From: Candidatus Nanoarchaeia archaeon
GTDB lineage: Archaea; Nanobdellota; Nanobdellia; Woesearchaeales; GW2011-AR9
Length of the DNA: 53,155 nt
Direction of reading: 5' to 3'
Assembly: GCA_035291085.1 (NCBI GenBank)
Contig: DATDTA010000086.1
Location: forward strand, 1 to 53,155
Shown here: positions 34,201 through 46,200 of the stretch, piece after piece
Numbering within the stretch: position 1 is the first letter of the stretch
How the letters are laid out: the number at the start of each line of letters is the position of its first letter
Made by a program: the position numbers and the translations under genes
Notes under the pieces: generated by a model
Databases searched by the model: none
Told to the model about the DNA's origin: nothing
Seen by the model: only the letters and a program-made list of their open reading frames with translations

Positions 34201-37200
34201 ACCTTCAGGAAGATTCCCTGTTTCTAATGGATCAAGCGCTTCAGAAAGGCCTAATGCTCTATCCACTGCGCGAGCAAGCTCTTCTTGTAATTTATTTTGT
34301 TGAACTAGATTTTTGGCTATTGAAAGGAATAGGGCGGAGATTCTTTGATTTCTGCGGATGGCTTGTTCTTCTAAAATTTTATTTATAAAACCTTCAACTG
34401 TTTTACTTAAAAAACGATTTCTGGAAGACAAAGAATCAGCCAAAATTTTCTTGATCATGGCTCCTAACTCTGCGTCTGACCAGACCGCATCAGGCAAGCG
34501 AGCTATTTTATTTAATAATTTTTCAATTTCTCTAAGCTCTGTTTCTTCTATGATAAACAGCGCTTCGGATAACGCGCTTAAAGATTCTTGTCGTTCTAAA
34601 TCTCTTTTTTCCAGAATCTCATCTAAAAGAGTAATTGGTTTTACTTTCTTTGCCTTTTGTTTCTTTACAGACCCTCCGCCTACACTTCCAACGCCTGCTG
34701 CGCCGCTCCCTGCGCTGATCGCTCCAAGACCTATAAACATGAACGCCATCTTCCATGTCTGTGGAGAGAATAGGGGCTTTAAGAATTGGCCTACAAACAT
34801 TGATGTTCCTATAATAGCTGCGATACTGCCAAAACATTGGTTCCAGTCATTGGCTTCCAGACGAGCTAAATAAGCCTGTTGCTCTTGTTCCTCTGTTGGT
34901 TTTAAATCCGCATGTAGGATTGGATCATAAAAGTTTGGTAGAATCCTATCGAGTATTCCTCTCATTGCTTGAATGTGCCAATGATGAAGACTATAAAGGT
35001 CGGCATGATTATTTACATAGACATTACTATTCAATAAACTACTGATGTGAAGAAGATATTCGGGTATTTGGCTGGCTAATGCTTTAAGCCTTGAAGGAAC
35101 AGACTTCATTATTTCTTCCATCCGATCCAAATCCACATTTTCATCGGTCATGGCCATTAAATCAGCAACGATAGAATTTCTCACATCCACTCCCAATATT
35201 TCATCAATCCTTGCGCCAATCTGCCGTTTAGCAATTTGACGATTCCTATCTTCATCTGATCTGCGAGTCATTTCCACCATAGAATCTTCCCAAGTTAAAT
35301 CAGGGCCAGCCGCCGATAAAGATTCCCTTTCCGGATCTTCGTATAGGGTTAATCCATCCACCATTGGCGGTGGCAATAACATCACACCAATAATGTTAGA
35401 AATCTCTTTTAATCTCATCTTAAAAGTAAGAGGTCCTTCAGAATTTCCATTATCCTCTTCACTCCCATCACCTCCACTTTTCACTCTACCACCTCTCCTG
35501 TCAGCAGGCACTCCTGCCCCGCCGCCCATGCCGCCATCTGCTCCACCGCCCACAGCAAGCATGCCAAATAGCGGGAGTCGAATCGCTCTTCCAAGATTCG
35601 TGTTTGCTCCCACTAAGTTTCCTAACTTCTGAACAACTCCCTCACGGAATTTTTTGTTGAGAGTCAATACCAGCGCTAGTCCTACTGCGCCGGCGATCGC
35701 GGCAAGAGGCAGGGAATAAATTTGAATGAAATTCCAAGAAGAACCCAAAAATAGTGAATGAGTTTGAATGAAATTCCACGCTGGACTCCAGAGATCTGGA
35801 TGAGCTTGTAAGTAATACGCGAGCACAGGAGCAAAAACTACAGCAGCAAAGAAAATTGACAAAGCCGGAACCAATTCTGGAAGAGCAAATCCACCCTTTA
35901 GATCAGATTTTCCTCTAGAACTTTTCCCTTTTGTATCAGTCTGTGACTTTGTTTTAAGCAGGGCGCTGATCCTAGAAACCAAATCATCCAAACTTACACC
36001 TTCAGGTAATCTCCCTTTAACACCCTCTATGTGCAATGTGCCTACAACATCTTGAAGATAGCTTCTTCCTAACTTCCTTAACCTTTGTTCAGCAGATGAT
36101 ATTTCATCTTGACCTTGATGCGCAGGATCTTTCCCGAAAATGATCCTAATATCTGCCAACGCCAGATCAAACTTTGGGCTCGGTTTTCTAACCGCCCCTC
36201 GTTCAAACTTATCAAGTATTTCCATACGGAACCAACTGTTCACCTGAGCCTGCGCAAGCGATTCTCTAAAACCCTCTTCCTTTATAAAGCGATGTCTCCA
36301 TTCAGAAGCTGCAATTGCAAGATTGGCCGCAATAAAATGTTTTTCCTGTTGACCCAATTTAACTAGCCAACGCTGAATTGTGGGATCACTGATTAATCCT
36401 TTCTTTATTGCAAGTTCAGCCGTATAATTAATATTAGTGCTTTCTGTATTCTCCGGATCAAGATAGCGATCAAACAATTTTTCTATTACACCGCCATTCA
36501 CCCAGCTCATTTCGTTTTCTAAAGCAGTGTGAACAACATTTGATATATCCAGCAATGGCACAGGAGTATCATGTCCACTGGTTGGAGAACGATGGATACC
36601 CTTAAAGAATTCTTCAAACAGCTCCCGCCAATCTTCATCGCTAAGCCCAGCCTTTTTATTCTTAACAGCTGCTTTCATCAAAGCAAGAGCTTCATAATAA
36701 CCTTTGTCCAAAAATTGAGGGCTTATCCGAAGGTTACTTAGGATTTCTTTTTTAAGATCCTGTCCGCTCAAGCTCTCAATTTTTACCCTATACTTAATCT
36801 CATATGGGTTCTCAGCAGAAATCTCTCCTTTTACAACTCTTTCTGAATAAAACGCTTTTCCCCCTGACTTTGATAAATCCGCAAGCCAAGATTCTATTTC
36901 CTCCTCGCTAATTCCCGGAACCTCCTTACCTTTAATAAAATGAACAATCAAGCTGCGCGCGCTCCAAAGATTGCCACTACTTCTAGCTTTATTGATAACT
37001 CCTCTTATATCATCAGCATTAAATTTTGGATTGCCTAATTTTATTTCAGATATTGCAATGAGACCCGCATCTTCAAATTTTTCAGCTGAAAGCAAACGCA
37101 TGTAAAAATCAAAAATCTCATTGCTTGTAATTCCTGGAACACCGACGCTTCTGGCATCTCTTGCTATCCCTGCGGTAATTTTAAGAAAGGAATGATAAGA

Positions 37201-40200
37201 ATCGTCTTCCGACAATTTCCTTAACCCATGGCTGATCCCTTGATGAACTACAGAGTAGTAATAAAGCAAACGAACAAAAAGATCTCGATCATCTTCGCTC
37301 CACTTTCTAATTCTATCCCCTATTTCTTCTGGATGTTCGGCAACCACTGCCGCCCTGTTCTCCTCTAAATCCGCTTGAGATTTAGTCTCACCTTTATCTA
37401 ATTTTTGATAAAGAATATTAAGCAGAGCAGGAACGCCTTCGGGTTTCATTAAGTCATCAATATTAGGACGTTGGAACAAATCCTCCATAGTTTTTTTCAG
37501 CAAGGGATCAATTCCCTCTACTGTCATCCATTGACTCTGTTGTTGATAAGCCTCTACGGTAAGAAGTTCTGAAAAATAATTTTCATTCCTCTTTTCCAGC
37601 CATCCAATCCAAACAGCGATCACTCCTATATCTGTAACAACCCCTTGTTGTAAAGCTGGAATCAAAACTCGTTCAATAAGATTTTGAGAAATATAACTGT
37701 TGGCAATGCTAGTTTCCATAAACCTTTCCACTATTTTTGTATTCACCCATTTCATTTCCTGTTCCGGACTTTCTTTGTCATCCCATTTTATTTTCCGCAT
37801 GCCAACAAAGAGAATTTCTTCCATATAGTTCAAAACATAATAATAACCGTCTTTTGTGGAGTTGAGTTCACCTAGATATTCATAATATTTTTCAAATAAT
37901 CTCTGATAATCTTCATCGCTGATTTCCTTTTTCATATCCATTGCAAGCGCCATTAAATTGGTTGCTATGTTTAACCGCTCAAGCGATCTTTTTCCATCTT
38001 CTGTTCTGCCATCCAACAGTTCTACTATACGCTGAACCAATGCTTGCGCATCAAGCGCTAAAACTATTTCCTTATCTTCATCCGAAAAATCCAAACGATC
38101 TTTCTCTTTACCAGCCTCACTTTTCCATGAGACCATCTCCTCATCGCTAATTCCTATAATTAAACCCGTAGTTCTAAACTGATCAATCACAGCAAGGAGT
38201 GTATGTAAATCCTTTTCCGGAGCATATTTACCGTGTTGTTTAATCAAGCCATTCACAGCTTCCTTCACATCTTCAATACTAAATCCTGCTAATCCTCCAG
38301 ACACAGCATAAAGAGAGCCCATCCCCAACTCAAAATAATCATGTCCTCTTTTAACCTCATCGTAAAGTTTTCTAACCGCTTGATCTTCTATTCCCGGAAC
38401 TTTAGCTAATCTGGCTTTAAGAGCAACCTCCGCTACTTGCGGAACCCGTCTCCAATAATCCCCAGGATTTTTAAATTGTGAAGAATGTTTGTCACCCAGG
38501 TCAATCGCGCGTTGAATCCTATAAATGTAACGCAAAAGATGAACAAAACGCATCTGATCTTTCGGACTCCAGTTTTTAATTTCAGATATTTTGAGTTCTC
38601 TTCCTTCTCCGGAAGGATCCGTTGCGAACCCGCCCGCGCCCACACCCATAACGCCCATGCTTCCAAAAACAATGAGTTGAGAGCCGCGAACCAGCGCTCT
38701 TCTAAGGAAAGGAGGAAACAAAACATCCAGTACTTTCTTTAACACATAAGCAGTCCCACGCCACAATGGCCGAATGATTTTTGGCGCCTGTGTTTGCTGG
38801 AAGCCGCCCAGGTATCCTGTATTAATTCCTGTTTCATGCATAAATAAAATACCATGAGGCGCAGGAATTTTTTTAAAGTCGCCCTTTGTAGAAATATGCC
38901 CATCCACTGAAAGCCCTTGTTGGATCAGTTGGGCAATAACCACATCCGGCAACCCAATCCCTAGCGTATTAGTTCTAGGTGTCTCGTAGAGTCCTAGTAT
39001 TGGATCATTGGTTCGAACATGAAAATGTTGGATGAGCTTATTGGAACCATCATAGATATAAACGCTAAAGATGCCGGAAGCATACTCCAATTTAAAATCA
39101 GTGGCAGCGTATGTGGTGTAACCATCCTCAGCTAAATTCCTTTTCTTTCCAAATCTTTTTCCTTCAATGCTCCATGCGCCGGTTTCATGATTATAAAGAA
39201 TCTCTAATTGGTCCCACTCAAATATTTTATGCGCTTCGTCGCCTACAATTCCAGTCTCAAGGAAAATCCCCGGGTTATAACTCTTCCATACTTTACCTTT
39301 CTTAATAAGATAACTTGGAATTCCCTCTCTTACAGGAACATGTTCTGAACTATTAGAACTCCACTCAGAGTTTTTGTTACTTGCATAAAGTTTTACGAAT
39401 CTTTCTAATGCCCCTCTCATGCCTCTTGTCCTAAACTGAGGCTGCATTTGAGGCACAAAACCGCCTCCCCCGCCAACAGCAAGCGCGCCCAATAGAGGGA
39501 CCCGAATCACATTGCCAAGAAAAGTGCCTGCTCTAAACAACTGTGATAACTTCCCGACAACCCCTTCACGGAAATTTTTGTTGAAGGCCAATACCAGCGC
39601 TATTCCCACTGCGATGGTAATCGCTGCAATAAGCAACGAATAAATTTGAATGAAATTCCACGCTGGACTCCAGAGAGCTGGATGAGCTTGTAAGTAATAC
39701 GCGAGCGCAGGAGAAAAAACTACAGCAACAGAGAAAACTGCTAAAGCCGGAACCAATTCTGGGAGAGTAAATCCGGATTTAGGGATAAATTTTGCACTCC
39801 CTCCGCCTTGCTTACTTAATCTTGTCTGCTGAGGATCTACATCATTTAAATCCGACAAAGAACCATCCGTACCATGAACTTCATATACGGTTTCAATCTG
39901 AGAAAAATTCCAGAAAGTTCTTTGGCCGTTGGCGCCTTCAACCCCAACCGTTTTATTCTCCAAATTAAAACTGAGCACATTTACGGTTTTGGCAACAGTC
40001 GTAAATGCATTTGCTCCCTGACCATACGGGAATGAAACGTTTAGTAAGATAGTAGCCGGCCAGTTCTTCCCCTCCACCTTTTTAAAGATTTCTATAAGTT
40101 TCCACTCATGCTTTGTAAGCACAGAAACAGAAACAATATTGCGGAAGGGGATGACCTCCTCATTAAAAAGTTGAAGTGTTCTTGAGAATTCATCAACTGA

Positions 40201-43200
40201 ATGAATTAACCCTGCATATAAGCGCCGCTTCGAATTAGAAATATTATGATTTACAGTAACCACTACCGCCTTCCCAAGATCTCTATTTTCGTTAAGCGCT
40301 CCCAAAAATTCAATCTGCTTTTGAGTAGAAAAACGATTTAAGCTCTGTTCGAATAATTGTGATAACAGCTTGACCTCAAAAGAAAGTTGAGCCAAAGCGA
40401 ATTTTATCGCATGCCGAACCCTTTCTACCACATCTGCTATTTCTCCCTCGCTTAACGGCAATAAATCCGCATTCTTTAAAGCAGATAAAAGCGCGCGTAC
40501 TACATTAGAAGGATAATCAGACATCTTCACACCCAAGAGCTCTTCTAACTCCTTAGCATTGACTCTATCGTCACCTTGAGATTCAGTGAAATTAGAATTC
40601 GCTGTATGCAAAGAGCGTGATAACGAAGAAGTAATCAATTTTTCAAGAGATTCACTCCTCTGTATCAACTGGCTTAAAACCGAACTTAATGTTTGTTGAA
40701 GCTGTTGAAAAATAAGGATTCTTCCAAATTCACTTGCGGACTCGAAATCGTGTTCCCCTAAAACCGTAAGAACTCCTTCCTCTATTTCCCGCGGACCTCT
40801 TAAATCCATCCCCAGCAATTCCTTTATCTTTCTATAGAGGATAGATAGAGCGCCCCCTGTTACAGTTCCTAATGCAAAGAATGATCCCGCCTCACGCCAT
40901 CCCACGAGCGGCACAGCATTGCCTACAAAATCCACCGCCTTTCCCGCAGCAAAGGCTGGATCCACAATCCCAAATCCAACAAACATAATTGCGGTAAGCG
41001 CCGCTAACATTAGAACCACGATGGTTGTAAGAGCGGTAACACCACCTCGCTCTTTTTTCTTCCAGCCTAAATAAAATAAGAGCGCAGGAACGCCAATAGC
41101 AAGAGCTATTCCCCAATATTTTGTGAAAAGATAAACTATAGAATCGAGCGTGATCCCCATACTAGGAACGTTGCTAGCCAAAACATAAAGGGCAGCCACT
41201 CCCATCGCGCCAGCCAGCGCCATAATAATAATAGGTGTTTTCCCGATCCCTCTTTCATTGGTTCGTCCGGAATTAGAAACGCTGGAACTTTGGGAGGGTT
41301 CTCCTTTAACAGCTCCCCCAGCGGCTTCTGCTTTTTCTAACTCTAAAATCTCAAAATCGCGCGGAACAGAGCTAAAATTTAAAACCTTTTTTAAAGCCAA
41401 GCCAAAAGCTGTTGAAGCGCTTAAAGGCACAAAGTAAGAATTTTCAGTAATCTGCACAAGATTTTTTCCAACCGATATGCCAAAAGGAACACCAGGCACA
41501 TTCCAATGTGATAGATCCCCACTCTGGAAAGTTGTCAACTCAATATTCCGTACAAGTTCCCAGTCGCCAAAATCTTTATTTTTACGGTAGATAGAAACAG
41601 TTCCATTCTTAGATAAATCGGGTAAAACTCTAGTAATCTTTGCAGTGCGGTCTTGAGAAATATATTCAAAAGATTCAGCATGAGTAAACTCTCTTACAGG
41701 AATATACCCTTTACCAATGACATTGAGGGGAAGCGACGATCCTCTTTTAATCTTTTTCCATTGGAATTTATGATCATTATCGGACAATATGGGCCACATC
41801 CGCTTTGCTATCGCGGTTTGTTTAGAAAAGGAACCCTCTCTTAAAAGTGATTGAGTTAATCTGTTTAAAGTCGTGAGAACTACCCCAACACTCGGACTAT
41901 TTTCCTCCAGCTTAGAGATCGCTTGACCTAAAGCGCTGTTTAACAATCTCGCTTCATTTACGTTATAGCCATGAAAATAATATTCAGAGAGATAGACCAC
42001 TAGTTCCATGCGCTCTTTCATCGCTTTTAAAAGCTTGAGCATGGACCCTCCAAACTCAGACTCTAAGTTATTAAAATTAATGCGGATATAATCCGCAAAG
42101 CTTGAAACTTGGCTTAGCTTAATGCCGATTATTTTTTCTATAGCAGCATCGTTCCGCTCCCACGCCACAGCTTTGCTTTGAGAACCAGCAGCTTTGCCCG
42201 CGCCGCCACTTGAAACAGTGCCCGAACCCATTCCACCCACACCGCCACCCACACCACTGCTCATGCCAAGCGCACCCAATAATGGAACTCGAACCGCATT
42301 GCCAAGAGGGGTGCCTGCTCTAAACAACTGTGATAACTTCCCGACAACCCCCTCACGAAAATTTTTGTTGAAAGCAGAAAGTAGAACAAGAACGGCGCCT
42401 CCGATAACAAGCGCGATCGGTAAGCTATGAGAGAGAAGTTGAACAACAGAATCTAAAGTTATGCCTGATGTTTGGATTTTGTGTGCCAAAACAGGAATCG
42501 CAGCTGCGCCAATGACCGCCGTCACCGCAATAAGAAGAACAGGGGTCGTCACAAAACCACCCTCGCTGGTCGGTTTACGATGCGTTGCAGAATCTCCAGA
42601 ACCTTTAACATCCGGTTCGGAAGGAGATTGGGCTAACTGTTCACCGGCATCCGCAGAATGACCGAGAGATCTTCGCCTGGCTTTCAATTTTTCTAGAGCG
42701 TCTTGAGCTTTTTTAATCTTGTCTGAATATTGATCATATTTCGGATTGGGCACGCTTCTCATTACAGGGCGCCATTCGTAATTATCAAAATAATCAACAA
42801 GTTCCCACATAGTTTCTCCTGTAGGTTCAGAGAAAAAACTTGGAATATATGCTAGACCCTTCACCATCTTAGAAATAGAGTATTCCAAGTAATCTATCGC
42901 TGTTTCAATTCCTAACTTAGCCAACCATTCAGACATATTACGGTCTAAGTCCTGCCTAAGAATAACTTGAAGCACAGATCCATCGGCAGTATATTTAGTT
43001 CCGCTTAATTTCTTCTCTAATGTTTTATGTGCTTCTTCTCTTACCGATTCGTCACGGTCATGTAACGATTTCAAAATCATTAAATAGATGTTTCTATCAT
43101 CCCAACCTCCAATCTTACCTAGAGCCCTCACAATAGCCTGACGAAAATCAGCATAATAACGTTCTGATCCTTGGCCATACGTTAAACTCTCACTTAACAG

Positions 43201-46200
43201 TAGATCAGATATCTCGTCTCCCATTCTCCCTAAGGCTTCTTCTGCATTTGAACGAACCTTAGGATCATAATGTCCTAAACTCTCATCTCCCATTCTCCCT
43301 AAAGCTGCTAATGCAGCTAAACGAACCTCTTTACTTTCATCGCTTAATCTCTGGACTAGAAGTGGAACAGCTCTTTTATCTCCTAAACGAACTAATAAAT
43401 CAGCAGCTCTTTGGCGAGTTACAAAATCTTTCTCGTTCAATAACCCCTTAATATGCTCAAAGACTTCCTCACCCCCTATCTTAATCAATGCTATAATAGA
43501 CCACCCATATAACCAGCCGCCCGATTGCTCAATCAACGGCTTCACTGCCCTCTTATCCTTTAGTTCACCAGCCCTCACGACAGCAGCGTGGCTCACTTCT
43601 GGTCTTCGATGATTAATATATTTGATTACCTTCTCAACATTATTTTCCCCGTGTATCTTTGCGATTAGATACCTTTGAGACCGAGTGATTCCAAGCGCCG
43701 CCAACAAACTCAAAGCTAAACCAAGAACCGCTAAAACTAAAGGATTTGAAAAAACTGTTAACCACGAATAAATGATCGCAAAATCAATTGACGGCCATCC
43801 AAAAACCAAAACCGTCGGCTGAGCCTGCAAGAAATGCAAGAGTACAGGAGCAAAAACTACAGCAACAAAGAAAATTGCCAGAGCCGGAACCAATTCCGGG
43901 AGAGAAAATCCGGATTCAGATCTATTTCCAGACCTAAGAGCATCTAGACCCGGAAGATTTTTCTCGCCATAAGCAATGGCAGTTAAACCAGCTCCGCTCT
44001 TGAATGGCGGAACATAATCTTTGGCAGGCAGACCTTGCCGATAGTATTCCTGATAATAGTTCCACTGAATCTCCATTCCATTCTTTATATATTCCTCTGG
44101 AACAAACGCCTTGTGCAAGGCAGTGAGCTCTCCGCTATAATTGCCTAAGACAATCGCATAACGGCTAAGTTCTACTTTATTGTCCCCCATGGCATAAGAC
44201 TTGGATTTTGCATCTGTGCCTGAAGGTCTGATCTCAAGAACCTTATTAGGAAATTGAAAGAAAACACCATCCCCTACAAAATAAACCTCTTTCAAATCAC
44301 TAAAATTCACACGATCTTTTTCAAATGTTTCATTTAAAATATCAATAATCTCTCTCTTCTTTGTATGTCCATCCCTATAAGATAAAGCCATGCTTAAAAA
44401 GAATAGATAATTCTTCTCTCTTTTCGCCTCACCCTCTTTTTTCTCAAGTTTTAAAAGTTCTGGATCAGTCTCATTTTGATTGTAATAAACCACATCTTCC
44501 CTAACGTCAAATTTTCCTTTAATTTGAGATTGCTCAAAAACCTGATTTAAATAATCTGACAAGAAAAGATTTTCACTCTCAAGCTTAGCGGCTAAAGCAG
44601 CTTGGATAATTAACATCTCTCCATCGCTTTTTTCCCGCATGCCAACTGCAATTCTCCCTGCTTTGCTTTGGATCAGCTCTTCAGGCCCCATCACAGCTCC
44701 GCCGGATTCTTCCCCTGCTAAAAGCATGCGCGGCTGAATTCCAAGATTTATCTCCCTGCCAAAAACATCTTTAACAATTACAGGAGCATTTGGGTCCCTC
44801 TTAATTTGAGCTTCAATTTTTCTCTGCATTGCAGCGATCTCTTTAAATCCAACTGGAACATTCAAAACATGCACCCCATTTTTCTCTGCCCATTCTCTCC
44901 ATGCAAGAGAAGATGCTGTAGTCATAATTAAAAAGCGCGGATGTTTTTCCCATAATCCAGCATCTTTTAATGCCTCTGCCTGATAAACCATGGTTAATAA
45001 GAAAGATTGGTTCGGAGTATAAAGAGCTAAGATTCGATCCTCATCTAAAACAAGAATATCAATGCCAATCTTACTTAAAAATTCCGCTCTTTCACTCGAC
45101 TCAATTTGCGCTGTGACTAACCTGTCTCCATCTGGATCCACCATCAATACCACAGTGCCAACAGCTTTCTCCTTTAATAACGTGTCATACCCCATCCGTT
45201 CCATCACAGGGATAGAGAGAACTTTTCCTGTCTCCTTATCTCGTTTAATAATAGTGGTGTCTTGAGAATAGTCAGCGACCTTTCCATCTTTTAGCTCTTT
45301 TCCAATTCCGTGAAAGAAAGAATCTTCTTGAACTCTAAACCACTCGAAAGAGCTATTAATCCCAAGTTTTTCAAAAATTTGACTTGCAGTCCTATGGAAA
45401 CCACCGCCCACATTATCTACAATAATTTTTTTCTTAACAGATTTGATTCTTTCTAAATTTATATCTGTAGCCACGCCATTTTTTAAATAAGAAATATAAA
45501 GATCAGTTCCATCTTGAAGCTGTTCCATGAATGCTTGATCAATCAAAGGATCATCTGAAGCTGCGATTTCAAAATGGTATTCACCTTGAGCTCTGGCAAT
45601 CTCAAAAATCTCCCGAATCTTGGCAACAAATCTCAATGATTCTTCTGGAAGATATTGACTTCCCTCTTCATCAAAATCTTTAGTTGCAATAAAAGAACTT
45701 ACAGCATGAGAAGAGGTGACATATTCCGCTCCTGCTAAGTCATACATAAAAGTAAGAAAAGATGCCATCCAAACTGGAATGGTTTGTCGGCCTCTGGGCA
45801 AATAAGTTTTAATGCCTTGAGCAGCTTGGATTCTAGCTATGAGATCAACATAGAGAGAAGTGTTGTACCTTACTTCTCCGCCAGCAACTTTTTCAATTTG
45901 ATGATCTGGATACCTTTCTTTTGCTACTAAAGCCTTTGCTAAAGTTGCTAAAGCAACGCCTACAAGATTAATGCGGAACCGAGTATCCCAAGGATAAAGA
46001 ACATTTTGACTGAGCCTAATTCCAGCTGTTGCAACCCTTGCCTCTTTTTCATAATCTTCCAGCCATTTATCTAGTCCAAGACCCTCTGTATTAGTTTCAC
46101 TATAAGGCTCTAAATGTTCGCGTTTTAAAGTTACTGTAATTTTACCTTTATCAGTAATATCAAAAATCTTATTTTGTTTAACATGTTCAGGCGTGCTTGC

